NCBI GenBank assembly: GCA_039740895.1
Contig: JBCLGS010000002.1
Span: 258 to 64,257, forward strand
Reading direction: 5' to 3'
Length of the DNA: 64,000 nt
Source: Parcubacteria group bacterium
GTDB taxonomy: Bacteria > Patescibacteriota > Minisyncoccia > Phycocordibacterales > DATDWN01
Each line of letters begins with the position of its first letter. Position 1 is the stretch's first letter. The notes under the pieces are model-generated. The model ran no database searches and had not been told where the DNA came from. It was given only the letters and a program-made list of their open reading frames with translations. Both the position numbers and the translations under genes were made by a program. This document shows positions 9,447 to 19,390 of this stretch, piece by piece.

Positions 9447-10498
9447 GATGCTGTATTAGTTAATTTCAATCGTTCACTTTCGACAATCCTACCAACTAGC
9501 TCAATTTGATTCTCAGAGGCTTTTGCTCTTTTTTCTTCATTATCAGGTCTAAATTTTATTATTTTTCTTACATCTTTTGAATACAAACTCTTCACATTAT
9601 CCATATCTAATTTTTCTTTTTCTGTCAGTCTAATATTCCAAAGCCTACTGACATTGAGTATAAAGTTTTTTGTTAAATCGTTGTAGTCTACAAATAAACT
9701 CTGATCTGATCCAAAATCACCAGCAATTTTACAAAAAACACCGAGCAGTCTTGCTACATATTCATCTTGACTCATTGTGCGTATAATCGCTACATCTATC
9801 TGCAATAGATTAGAAAAATATTCTATATACAAAGCACGGCTTCTAAGCCATCCCGGTGGTTTTTCCATAACTGACGGAAGCACCTCAAGGCCATAACGAT
9901 GAACAAACATCCATCTCACATCTGGAAATTCTGTAAGAATAAGATTAATAAAAAAGGTGTTCCAACTTCTGAATTTTATAAATACTCGTTCACACATAAC
10001 TGGCGAGCATTTAATTAACATAACCATGGAAGCTCTGAACAATGCCCTTCTATTCTCAGGTGATATTATTAACGCTGGATCCAAAACTGCGTTAATAATA
10101 GTGGGCTCTGATAAGACAAAAAATCTATCGCTCTGGGCAAGCATTTGTGTCATCAAAGTCGAGCCACATCGAGACATGTGAAAAATGAAACCAACCTCCT
10201 TTTTGATTTTTTCGTCCGAATACTCTGATATAAATTCATTTACAGGCGTATAAACGACTCGTTTATCATTTTGATCGTAATGAACAGGGTGCACAAGTAG
10301 TTCATCTTCTTTCGAAAGCTTAATTTCTGACTTTAAAATGTTGAAAGACTTAGCAAGAGAATCTATAAAAAATGGCTCTCTGAAATAAGTCCTTGGTAAC
10401 AGCAAAGATACAACAAATAAACCTTGTTCATTTCTCAACAAATCAACAGGAATTCTAATATTCTCGCTGGTTGTATATTCCTTATTGATATTGGACAT
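9443..10498 (-). CDS. sulfotransferase-like (P-loop) protein
   Basis: FIFHMSRCGSTL 5'-phosphosulfate-binding-like loop, LSEP, FVHR; overlaps MAT start (ATGA). Confidence 0.65.
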   Translation of the reverse strand: MSNINKEYTTSENIRIPVDLLRNEQGLFVVSLLLPRTYFREPFFIDSLAKSFNILKSEIKLSKEDELLVHPVHYDQNDKRVVYTPVNEFISEYSDEKIKKEVGFIFHMSRCGSTLMTQMLAQSDRFFVLSEPTIINAVLDPALIISPENRRALFRASMVMLIKCSPVMCERVFIKFRSWNTFFINLILTEFPDVRWMFVHRYGLEVLPSVMEKPPGWLRSRALYIEYFSNLLQIDVAIIRTMSQDEYVARLLGVFCKIAGDFGSDQSLFVDYNDLTKNFILNVSRLWNIRLTEKEKLDMDNVKSLYSKDVRKIIKFRPDNEEKRAKASENQIELVGRIVESERLKLTNTAS

Positions 10499-10509
10499 AA
10501 TAGTTAAGT

Positions 10510-11013
10510 CTATCTAATCTCTTTTAGTACATCTGCCCAGCTTTCTACCCTGGTAACTTTTGGTAAAAACTGTCTATATTCGTCAATCTCTGCTTGATCA
10601 GGTTGATATAAGAACAGATGCGATACGGTTTCAATCATATGACTTAATACCTCAAGACGATCATCAATAAAGTAGGTGATATTATTATCTTTACAAATTT
10701 TGTCTTTTTCATGCCTCTCTCTACAAAAGAACACATTTTTAGGATTAACTCCGGTTCCAGCATAAAAATTATTGTCTCTAAGCCAAGCAAGAATCTTTTC
10801 TTCTGCCCATGGGGTACATTTTGATATTAAGAAAATATTCCCATTAAATTTCGTGTCATTTAATTTTTTGATTACGTTAAACACATCTTCTGCGGCTGGA
10901 ATCGTGGAATAACGCTCTTCGTGCAAGGTTTTGTCGTCTTTGTCAGTAAGACGATGATTGATAATGACATTTCCTATATCAATACCTAATGCTTCATTGT
11001 TTTTTGTAGTCAT
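10510..11013 (-). CDS. HAD-like protein (paralog A)
   Basis: LGIDIGNVII and FIDDRLEVLSH; start reassigned to MTTKNNE. Confidence 0.65.
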   Translation of the reverse strand: MTTKNNEALGIDIGNVIINHRLTDKDDKTLHEERYSTIPAAEDVFNVIKKLNDTKFNGNIFLISKCTPWAEEKILAWLRDNNFYAGTGVNPKNVFFCRERHEKDKICKDNNITYFIDDRLEVLSHMIETVSHLFLYQPDQAEIDEYRQFLPKVTRVESWADVLKEIR

Positions 11014-11080
11014 AGTATAATACATTATAAAGTAATTTAATAAAAAAATACAGCCCCCAAAAAAATCTGAGAGGCTGTAA

Positions 11081-11578
11081 CTATCTAAGCAGTAAACGTA
11101 CAATTTCGTTCCACGCGACAGTCTGTTGGACGTGAATGAGAAAATCCTGCTGATACTGCTCGACTTCTTTTTGTTGTGGCCGAAACAGATACAGGTTTCT
11201 CACTTTACCAACAAGGTGACTGAGAACCTCAAGGCGATCATCGACAAAGTGTGTGGCATGATACAGTTCACACACTGACAACTTGTTACGACCATTCTGT
11301 GTTCTTCTCACACAATCTGGAGAGATGCCTGTGCGATTAAAAAAATTGTGCGACTTCAGCCAAGAAACGATTTTTTGGTCGGCAACATCCGAGGAATTAT
11401 AGACCACGAAGATATTGCCATTAAACCGCTCTTGATTTAGACGTAACAAAGCATCAAAGACTCCTGACACGGGTGGAATGATGTTGTAATCACCTGTTTG
11501 AAAGAACTCAGGCGTTGTCCCAAATCCGACATGATCAATGATTACGTTTCCAAGGTCAACACCAAGACATTCTTGCAT
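11081..11578 (-). CDS. HAD-like protein (paralog B)
   Basis: LGVDLGNVII and FVDDRLEVLSH; AGGAGGT RBS upstream. Confidence 0.65.
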   Translation of the reverse strand: MQECLGVDLGNVIIDHVGFGTTPEFFQTGDYNIIPPVSGVFDALLRLNQERFNGNIFVVYNSSDVADQKIVSWLKSHNFFNRTGISPDCVRRTQNGRNKLSVCELYHATHFVDDRLEVLSHLVGKVRNLYLFRPQQKEVEQYQQDFLIHVQQTVAWNEIVRLLLR

Positions 11579-11659
11579 GTGATACCTCCTTTCTGGTTTT
11601 CTGTGTGTATAGTAACATAGCGAATTTGGTATGTAAATGTGTCTTACTTTCGGGTATTT

Positions 11660-12103
11660 CTAGTCAACTAAAATTGACTTAAAAAAATCCCCAGAAAGAA
11701 TAACTTGCATTCCACCAAAAGGTTTTTCATTTCGTTTGAACTGTCTGCAAATCCATTCAATGAGGTCCAGTCGGTAATGGTGAAGCATTGAAACTTCGTC
11801 AATTATCAAAACTTTTGTTTTTTCAAAACGCTTGTAGAGATACTGTTTCTCCATCATATTTTCAATATCATAATCCGTCAGAACATCTCTGATACCGAGC
11901 CCAGACCATGAGTGAATAGTCTGACCACCAAGGTGCGTTGCGGCAATACCAGTGGACGCTGTTACGGCTACATCCACAGCATTTGATTTCAGATATTTTA
12001 TATACTCATTTAAGACATGAGTTTTTCCGCTCCCAGCAGGTCCTGTAAGAAAAACATTTTTACCCAGTTTTAATATATCGAGTGCTTCGCTTTGTAACAT
12101 CAC
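11660..12103 (-). pseudogene. truncated duplicate of PIF1-like helicase 5' end
   Basis: Identical to the N-terminus of 6362..8038 up to GDFF, then stops; repeat copy 2 = 11681-12139. Confidence 0.88.
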
Positions 12104-12325
12104 CCCATTGTACCAGCTCTGTACCTAAATGGACAAATACTGCACTGGGTTAGTATACAATTGACACTGATTCTTAAATTAAGCACTCAAGAGAGGTTAC
12201 TTTTTTTGCTACCTGTGAATAGGTTGATGTTCCCTCTTAAAAAAAATCTCAAAAGATTTAAACAAAGAAAAGTCCCACCGTTCGCATTTCGCTACTAAGT
12301 GGGACTTAGATTCCATAGTTAATCC

Positions 12326-13576
12326 TTACGGATGTGCTATGAAAGTGTACTGCTGTTCTGGGTTAAGAAACTTGACTGCTTCCTCCATTTGGTCAAAAGT
12401 AACTTTGTGCAGATTGTCCCATACCTCCTGCATCGGAATGATTCGATGATGACCAATCAACTCCTCGGCAGATTCTCCACACAGATCCGCTCCAGAATGA
12501 TCGATCATTAAACACTGCTTGATGCAAGACTCGAGGTTGCGATCAAAGAGATCGTGTCGTGATGAAACCATCGAGATGCACTTGCGTACAAGATCGTTGA
12601 TGTATGGCGTAGCTTCTGGACTGATCTGTCCCACGATTTGATACTCGCACACATCTTGCCAATCTTGCAGATTGATACCGATACTGTATGCGAGTCCGCG
12701 TTTCTCGCGAACCTCATCAAACAGAATCTTCCCAAGAACCAAATTGAACACTCTGCGTGCTTGTTGAGGAAAATCTAACGGCCACGCCCATACTGCCCTG
12801 TAGCCCGTCTGGTCAACTTTGAAGTTGACATGATCAGACATTTTCACCGTTCGCGATTGTTCCATCGGGATTGCAAATTGATTGAACATGGGAGGAATAG
12901 GATTTCTCCGCCCCTCCTTTTTCTTTCCGAACGGACTCTGTTCAAGCTCAGCAATTACTTCTTTGGTTGTGAGACCTCCGAGAATTACCAAGCTTATGTT
13001 TGCTGGCGTGTAGTGCTCGTCGTAGAAACCTTGTAGGTCAGTTTCCATTGCCGAAAAAAAACCCTCAGGACGACCGAGTGGGCGATTATATGTTTCGAGA
13101 CGGTGCCCTTTGAAAAGCGATCTCCGTATTGCCATGTCCCATTCCAGTTTTTTCAGAAACGGGTACCCTTGATTAAACTCACAGTAGATGACTTTACGCT
13201 CTCTATCGATGTCTTTTTCCAGACGAGCCTCGAGAAGCATTGAACCGAAAATTGAAACTACTTCTCGAAATGTTGGCAGGTCTGCTGGAACAGCAAACTT
13301 GTATTGAGTCGAGAGATATGAGGTACTACCGTATTCGGCACGACCACCAACACTCTCTATAAACTGCTTCACCCAGTCGTGTGTACGATCGGGAATGTTT
13401 TGGCTGACACAGTGTTCAACGAAATGAGCGAGACCTGGCATAGTAACCTGATCCTCGCGAGCTCCGCTGTGAACGACTATTTCCATTCTGATCCATGGGC
13501 GATCCCATGACATCGAATGAACTTCAAGACCGTTCGGAAGAATGCACTTAGTGAATGCTGCATATGGATCGTACAT
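12326..13576 (-). CDS. M16 (insulinase) family Zn peptidase
   Basis: GLAHFVEH inverted zinc motif, LFDEVREKRGLAYSI; visibly more GC-rich than neighbours. Confidence 0.88.
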   Translation of the reverse strand: MYDPYAAFTKCILPNGLEVHSMSWDRPWIRMEIVVHSGAREDQVTMPGLAHFVEHCVSQNIPDRTHDWVKQFIESVGGRAEYGSTSYLSTQYKFAVPADLPTFREVVSIFGSMLLEARLEKDIDRERKVIYCEFNQGYPFLKKLEWDMAIRRSLFKGHRLETYNRPLGRPEGFFSAMETDLQGFYDEHYTPANISLVILGGLTTKEVIAELEQSPFGKKKEGRRNPIPPMFNQFAIPMEQSRTVKMSDHVNFKVDQTGYRAVWAWPLDFPQQARRVFNLVLGKILFDEVREKRGLAYSIGINLQDWQDVCEYQIVGQISPEATPYINDLVRKCISMVSSRHDLFDRNLESCIKQCLMIDHSGADLCGESAEELIGHHRIIPMQEVWDNLHKVTFDQMEEAVKFLNPEQQYTFIAHP

Positions 13577-13758
13577 TTTTTACTCTCCTATCAAAGAACT
13601 TTTAGCTTCGTTGCCATCATAACACACTAAGTATACCTTTGTCAAAACCTTTTCAGGAAGTGTGGACACTTACACTGTGGATAAGCAAGTTTCCAGGAGG
13701 GTACCCTCCGTGGACCCCTATAATTCTTTAACTTTCAAATCACCAAGCGAATCAATTT

Positions 13759-14259
13759 CTATAGGCATGATTTCTTTACAAATGTAAAAATTTCCTTTAT
13801 TTTCTCAGATGTTTCTTCTAGTTGGTTATCAAAAAGAAGATAATCTTTTAAATCTTCATAAGGAACCCATTTGTATGACCTGATTTCACCTTCTTGTAAT
13901 TTAATTTCGTTATCATTACCAATAAATTTAAATCCAAAAAAGTGACGCTCCATACCATCATATTCAATACCCTCACGATTTAATTTTCCTAGTTTAAATG
14001 TAATTTGTAAAGACTCTTTACTTTTACCAATTAAGTCTAGATTATTTTTAGTTATACCGAGTTCTTCTTCTATTTCTCTATAAACAGCATCTTCAAGTGT
14101 TTCTTTTAATTCTAGACCACCGCCTGGAATTGCGAAAAAATGAGTAATAAAAGCTTCTAAATTGACTAGCAAAAATTCGTTTTTGTTGTTAATTATTAAA
14201 GTTGAAACTCCCTTACGAAATTTAAGAATATTTTTTTCTGGTTGTTCAGATTTTTCCAT
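13759..14259 (-). CDS. NUDIX hydrolase (RppH-like)
   Basis: PGGGLELKETLEDAVYREIEEELG Nudix box. Confidence 0.88.
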   Translation of the reverse strand: MEKSEQPEKNILKFRKGVSTLIINNKNEFLLVNLEAFITHFFAIPGGGLELKETLEDAVYREIEEELGITKNNLDLIGKSKESLQITFKLGKLNREGIEYDGMERHFFGFKFIGNDNEIKLQEGEIRSYKWVPYEDLKDYLLFDNQLEETSEKIKEIFTFVKKSCL

Positions 14260-14282
14260 ATTATTTTTTCTTTTTAAAAGAT

Positions 14283-14573
14283 TTAAAGTTTATAAGCATC
14301 TTTTCTATGCTTAACTCGTAAAACTATGAGAATATTTATAGAACCTTTATCATTTATTTCAAACAAAACTCGATAATCTCCTATTCTATATCTACATATA
14401 TTAGTAAACACACCAGAAAGTTGCTTAGCTCGAATGAGAGGATTTTTTAGTTCGCTGTTCTCTTTTATTTTTGCAACAATTCGAAGAGCTATTTTTTTAT
14501 CAATCTTTTTTAAATCGGAAAGCGCGTGCTCTGTATATTTAAGATTAAATATCCCAATCATATTAACTTGCAT
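14283..14573 (-). CDS. RelE/ParE-family toxin
   Basis: ALSDLKKID...RYRIGDYRVLF...VKHRKDAY. Confidence 0.85.
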   Translation of the reverse strand: MQVNMIGIFNLKYTEHALSDLKKIDKKIALRIVAKIKENSELKNPLIRAKQLSGVFTNICRYRIGDYRVLFEINDKGSINILIVLRVKHRKDAYKL

Positions 14574-14574
14574 A

Positions 14575-14817
14575 TTAACTTAATTGTGCCAATACTTCTT
14601 TATGTGAATAGAGTCGTCCTTTCTCTACATCTTTTTTAGCATCAATAATATCCTCAATTATACTATTAAGATTCACATTTTTCGCAAAAGGCTTAATCTC
14701 AAAGAGTGGAGTATTACGATTCATAATAATAAATCGCTCTTTCCCAAGTTGAGCATTCTCTGAATATTTAGCTATGTTTTGACGAAAATCTTTAATATTT
14801 ATGAATTTTGTAGTCAT
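14575..14817 (-). CDS. Phd/YefM-like antitoxin
   Basis: MTTKFINIKDFRQNIAKY...IIMNRNTPLF; start reassigned to avoid trmD overlap; directly upstream of RelE. Confidence 0.75.
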   Translation of the reverse strand: MTTKFINIKDFRQNIAKYSENAQLGKERFIIMNRNTPLFEIKPFAKNVNLNSIIEDIIDAKKDVEKGRLYSHKEVLAQLS

Positions 14818-14863
14818 AGGTTTAGTGTATCTTAAGTGTACACCAAAGTCAAATACCAGCGTT

Positions 14864-15553
14864 TTACTTTTTCTCTTTCCAAGCTTCAATCTTCTTATGG
14901 TCGCCAGACAAAAGTACTTTTGGCACACGATATTTTTTACCTTTATATTCAAAAACTTCTGGTCTTGTATAAACATTATGAGAGGAGGCGCGTGACTCTT
15001 CTAGAGAATTAAAATTGCCGAGGACTCCTTCTATCTGGCGAGCCATGCAGTCTATAACAATCATCGCTGGCAATTCTCCGCCAGTTAGCACAAATGGACC
15101 GACAGAAATATTTTCGGTTTTAAAAATTTTTTGAACACGAGCATCAATACCTTCATACCTGCCGGAGATTAAAATAATGTCGGTGAATTTATGCACAGTC
15201 TTTTTTGCGTATTCAGTATCAAATTGTTTTCCACCAGGAGAGAACCATATAATCTTTACTCTCTTTGTGTCAAAAGATACCTTTGACACTTTTGAATTTG
15301 TAACTTTTTTTCTTTTTTCAATAATTTTCAGAGCCGCTTCTATTGCTTTGACCACAGGCAATGCCTGAATGACCATACCCGGACCTCCGCTATATGGCTT
15401 TTGGTCAATGTGTCTGAATTTGTTGTCAGAAAAATCTCGAGGATTATAAAATTTAACCTTGATTTTCTTATCCTCTATGGCTCGCGACATAATAGACTCG
15501 CCTAGGTACGAGTCAAATGCTACCGGAAACAGTGTTACTATATGAAATATCAT
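14864..15553 (-). CDS. trmD: tRNA (guanine-N1)-methyltransferase
   Basis: PYSGGPGMV, SGRYEGIDAR, SVGPFVLTGGELPA, YTRP. Confidence 0.97.
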   Translation of the reverse strand: MIFHIVTLFPVAFDSYLGESIMSRAIEDKKIKVKFYNPRDFSDNKFRHIDQKPYSGGPGMVIQALPVVKAIEAALKIIEKRKKVTNSKVSKVSFDTKRVKIIWFSPGGKQFDTEYAKKTVHKFTDIILISGRYEGIDARVQKIFKTENISVGPFVLTGGELPAMIVIDCMARQIEGVLGNFNSLEESRASSHNVYTRPEVFEYKGKKYRVPKVLLSGDHKKIEAWKEKK

Positions 15554-15555
15554 AG

Positions 15556-15836
15556 TTTTTAATTCAAATTTGGCGCATTTCGTTGTTGGACTTCAAAAAA
15601 TTATTCTTTTCCTTACAGAAACAGTACACCTTTCACATTTTGATTACAAAATGCTCAAGGTCTTGCGAAGTGATAACATCACTTCTCACCTTACAATGAG
15701 TAAGGCTTGAATTATTTTTATCGTCCGCCTTACAGGCGCAGTACACCTTTCACACTTTGACTACAAAGTATTCAAGGTTTTACGAAGTGATAAAATCACT
15801 TCTCACCTAGAACTACACTCAAATCTGAATTAAAAA
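15556..15836 (-). repeat. ~120-bp palindromic element carrying two nested 79-bp inserts
   Basis: Outer ends pair; nested 79-mers at 15611-15689 and 15728-15806 match 22596-22674; outer element matches 38391-38511. Confidence 0.85.
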
Positions 15837-15908
15837 CACAATAACACATTTTTTATAAAAAGAAAAGTCCTGATTTCTCAGAACTTTTTTTTTAAATATT
15901 TATTTAAA

Positions 15909-16235
15909 TTATAGCTTTAAGTCAGCCATTGCCTCGTCTACAGTTTTGCTAGCAGATACGGGTTTTACTTCCCCTTCTTCTCGTATACTTCCAGCTGGTT
16001 CATTAATTTTCAAATTAACTCGAGCGTTGTTTTTCATTCCAACAACTCGTAGTAATGTTCGGATAGCCTTTGCTGTGTTACCTTCTCGTCCGATAATCTT
16101 TCCCATATCTGCTGCATTGACATTTAATGTCATCAGTACACCCATCTCATCCACTGTTCTTGTGATTTTTACATCTTGTGGATACTCTACTAATGCCTTA
16201 ACAACAAACTCTAAAAATTGTACATCGTTTTCCAT
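15909..16235 (-). CDS. khpA: KH-domain RNA-binding protein KhpA
   Basis: DMGKIIGREGNTAKAIRTLL; rpsP-khpA-trmD synteny. Confidence 0.9.
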   Translation of the reverse strand: MENDVQFLEFVVKALVEYPQDVKITRTVDEMGVLMTLNVNAADMGKIIGREGNTAKAIRTLLRVVGMKNNARVNLKINEPAGSIREEGEVKPVSASKTVDEAMADLKL

Positions 16236-16293
16236 GAATTTCTATCTTAATGATAATAAATCTACCTGATATTATTTTAACAAAATACAACTA

Positions 16294-16803
16294 TTACGCA
16301 ATAGTTTCCTCCACAGATGGAGCAACGACTGGGACATCTTGAGCTGGAGTGACTGGCGCCTCAGGATTACCTGATGCGTAAGTGGCCTCAAGAGTACTTG
16401 ATGCATAAGTGGCCTCAAGAGTACTTGATGCATAAGTGTCCACTTCGTTTCCCTTATCCACTTCGTTTCCCTTATCCGCTTCGCTTTCCTTAGCTGGAGC
16501 AGTTACAACAGGAACTTCTTTTACAATGGCATTTTTCAAAGGAAGAACATTGACTTTCTTTCCTTCTATAATTTTCCTACTAACCAAAAGATTATGAACG
16601 GTGCCTGAAGTTTGTGCTCCTTGTAACATCCAATAATTTATTCTCTCTGCATTGAAGACAGCTTTCTCTCCGCTTCTTGAATCATAGTTACCCAAAATCT
16701 CAAGTGATTTACCACTTTTTGTAGAGTTCTTTGAATCAGTTAGAACAAGTCTAAAAACTGGTTCGTGTTTTCGTCCTACTCTTTGTAATCGTATTTTTAA
16801 CAT
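16294..16803 (-). CDS. rpsP: 30S ribosomal protein S16 with repeat-derived C-terminal extension
   Basis: MLKIRLQRVGRKHEPVFRLV...ILGNYD; start at 16803; tail has DKGNEV x2 and TYASSTLEA x2. Confidence 0.95.
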   Translation of the reverse strand: MLKIRLQRVGRKHEPVFRLVLTDSKNSTKSGKSLEILGNYDSRSGEKAVFNAERINYWMLQGAQTSGTVHNLLVSRKIIEGKKVNVLPLKNAIVKEVPVVTAPAKESEADKGNEVDKGNEVDTYASSTLEATYASSTLEATYASGNPEAPVTPAQDVPVVAPSVEETIA

Positions 16804-16857
16804 GTGGCCATGATAACAGAATTGGTGAAAATGGTCAACTATGTTAGTATATTGGGC

Positions 16858-18936
16858 ATGAATAAAAATACTCCAGAAAAAAAACAACAAAACGAGAACG
16901 AGTCTTTGATAGGAACAATTAGCGTAAATACAAAAGGTGTTGGATTTTTTGATAGACTGGAAAAAGAAGCTACATTGGAGATTCAACCAGAGAATTTGAA
17001 CCGCGCTTTTCACGGGGATACTGTTGAAGTCACCTCCCTTGGCACAAAAGTGAAAGACAGGGAGCAAGGTAAAGTGGTCAAAATAATTTCAAGAATAAAA
17101 AACAAATTTGTCGGAATAATTCGAGAAACTGACGGCTTAGTTTTCCTCGTTCCTGACGACAGGAGAATGTACACCGATATCAGAATCGCAGACAAAGAAC
17201 TTCCCACTGATTTAGAAAATAAAAAAGTTTTGGTTGAAATAATAGACTGGGAGGGCGACCGAAATGGACCAATCGGCAAAATAGAAAAAGTGGTTGGAAC
17301 CATCGGCGAAAACAATACTGAAATGGAGTCTATCGTTTTGGAAAAAGGTTTCAATGTTGGTTTCCCCGCCGATGTTGAAGAAGAAGCACACAACTTGAAA
17401 ATTAAATTTGACGCTGAGGTAAAATCCGGATTTTCAGATTTGGATGCAGTTCAAGGCGCCGGCGAGGCTCGTGACCAAGCTGTACTTAATGGTACTGCGC
17501 GTGGAACGAACGCAGCCGGCAACGAAGAAATGCGCCAAATCTGGAAATCTGGTCGCAGGGATATGAGGGGAACGACTACAATGACCATCGACCCAGCTGA
17601 CGCCAAGGACTTTGACGACGCCATTTCTTTCAAAGAAATTAGTGAAAATTTATATGAAATTGGAATTCACATCGCCGATGTGTCTTACTTTGTTACACCA
17701 GGAACAGCTTTGGATCGTGAATCAGAAAAGCGAGGGCTTTCAGTGTATCTTGTAGACAGAACGATTCCCATGCTTCCAGAAGTGCTTTCAAATGACCTTT
17801 GTTCACTCAATCCAAATGAAGACAAGTACACTTTTTCAGCGGTATTCAAAATTAATTCTGAAGGTGTAGTGCAAGATAAATGGTTTGGACGAACTGTTAT
17901 ACATAGTGATAAGAGATTTTCATATGAAGAAGCTCAGGATGTTTTAAATGGAAAGTTAGAAAGTCCATACGGAAAACAGCTTCAGACACTCCAAGCTATC
18001 GCCAAAAAACTTGAAAAACAAAAATTCAGTAACGGTGCAATCGCCTTTGAAACAGAGGAAGTGAAGTTTGAGCTAGACGCGACAGGCAAACCTATCCGCG
18101 TTTACAAAAAAAGCCGACTTGATACACATAAACTTGTTGAGGAATATATGCTACTTGCAAACCGTGAGGTCGCAAAATACATTTTCCATTCACAAGGAAA
18201 TATAAATAAAAAAGGTTCGCAGTCCGTTTATCGTATCCACGGCTCACCAGACAAAGATAGAATTCAGAGCCTCGCAATATTTCTAAAAGCTTTAGGTTTT
18301 GATTTGACAAATAAAGATGGAGAGGTTACTTCCCGAGATATCAATAAACTTTTGAAAGAAGTTGAAGGAACACCAAACGAAGAACTTATTAAAACTGCCA
18401 CAATCCGCTCAATGCAGAAAGCTATTTATTCTACAAAAAATATTGGCCATTTTGGGCTTGCTTTCACATTTTACACACACTTCACTTCACCTATCCGCCG
18501 ATATCCAGACTTGCTCGTGCATCGATTCTTACAGCGAGAACTGACTGGCGGAAAAATAGAACAAAATGAATACGAAAAATTTGAACGCATTTGTATGTCC
18601 TCTTCAGAATCAGAAAAGAGAGCTTCAGACGCAGAGCGAGCAAGTATCAAATACAAACAAGTTGAATACATGCAGGGTCATATCGGAGAAAGTTTTGACG
18701 GTATAATTACAGGTGTCACGGAGTGGGGTATCTACATTGAAGAAAAAGAAACCAAATGCGAAGGTATGGCAAAACTTCGCGACCTTACAGACGACTTTTA
18801 TGTTTTAGATGAGAAAAATTACACGATCAGAGGTCAGAAAACTGGCAAAAAATACACCCTCGGCGACAGTGTCAGATTCAAAGTTGTCTCGGCAGACTTA
18901 GAAAGGCGAGTTTTGGATTATGTTTTAATAAGTTAG
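16858..18936 (+). CDS. rnr: ribonuclease R
   Basis: TIDPADAKDFDDAIS, HIADVS, YTHFTSPIRRYPDL, C-terminal S1; contains an in-frame ~42-aa palindrome insert. Confidence 0.95.
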   Translation: MNKNTPEKKQQNENESLIGTISVNTKGVGFFDRLEKEATLEIQPENLNRAFHGDTVEVTSLGTKVKDREQGKVVKIISRIKNKFVGIIRETDGLVFLVPDDRRMYTDIRIADKELPTDLENKKVLVEIIDWEGDRNGPIGKIEKVVGTIGENNTEMESIVLEKGFNVGFPADVEEEAHNLKIKFDAEVKSGFSDLDAVQGAGEARDQAVLNGTARGTNAAGNEEMRQIWKSGRRDMRGTTTMTIDPADAKDFDDAISFKEISENLYEIGIHIADVSYFVTPGTALDRESEKRGLSVYLVDRTIPMLPEVLSNDLCSLNPNEDKYTFSAVFKINSEGVVQDKWFGRTVIHSDKRFSYEEAQDVLNGKLESPYGKQLQTLQAIAKKLEKQKFSNGAIAFETEEVKFELDATGKPIRVYKKSRLDTHKLVEEYMLLANREVAKYIFHSQGNINKKGSQSVYRIHGSPDKDRIQSLAIFLKALGFDLTNKDGEVTSRDINKLLKEVEGTPNEELIKTATIRSMQKAIYSTKNIGHFGLAFTFYTHFTSPIRRYPDLLVHRFLQRELTGGKIEQNEYEKFERICMSSSESEKRASDAERASIKYKQVEYMQGHIGESFDGIITGVTEWGIYIEEKETKCEGMAKLRDLTDDFYVLDEKNYTIRGQKTGKKYTLGDSVRFKVVSADLERRVLDYVLIS
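17426..17552 (+). repeat. ~127-bp palindromic element inserted in frame in rnr
   Basis: gatttggatgcagttcaaggcg ... caacgaagaaatgcgccaaatc, same ends as intergenic copy 38391-38511. Confidence 0.85.
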
Positions 18937-18967
18937 ATTCTCTTAATTGATTCCTCTTGGCATATTT

Positions 18968-19276
18968 TTATGAAAGGACCCTTTCTCCGAAACTGTAGAT
19001 TTGATATGGAGATTTTATTGGTTTAGGAGAATTTAATTTTTTCCAAAGATTTTCATACTCAATATCAGAAACTTGATTCAATATATAAGGACGAATTTTT
19101 GCTTTTTTTGCAGAAATAACATACCCACGAATAGCTTCGTCAAGCATAAGAAAAACTTCTCGAGGATCATCTCCTGTTTCAACAAGATTAAACTCTAGAG
19201 CAACTCCGACCCAAACATTTTTATCTTTAAAGATAATAGTCCGAACAGAGCCTTTTTGATATGTGTTCATATACAA
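18968..19276 (-). CDS. HicB-like protein
   Basis: WVGVALEFNLVETGDDPREVFLMLDEAI pattern. Confidence 0.55.
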   Translation of the reverse strand: MYMNTYQKGSVRTIIFKDKNVWVGVALEFNLVETGDDPREVFLMLDEAIRGYVISAKKAKIRPYILNQVSDIEYENLWKKLNSPKPIKSPYQIYSFGERVLS

Positions 19277-19390
19277 AATATATCATAATTCCTTTGAATT
19301 GCGAAACTCGAAATCAAAGGTACCTGACACCTATACCACCCCTATACCCAAATGTCTCACCTATATCCAAATTGGTATATACATAAAAGT

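Noticed and set aside
16804-17067. Long N-terminal extensions of rpsP, rnr, rnc, antitoxin, ftsE and prfB in the ORF track
   Set aside because: They arise from upstream alternative starts overlapping neighbouring genes or tRNA; homology begins at later ATGs.
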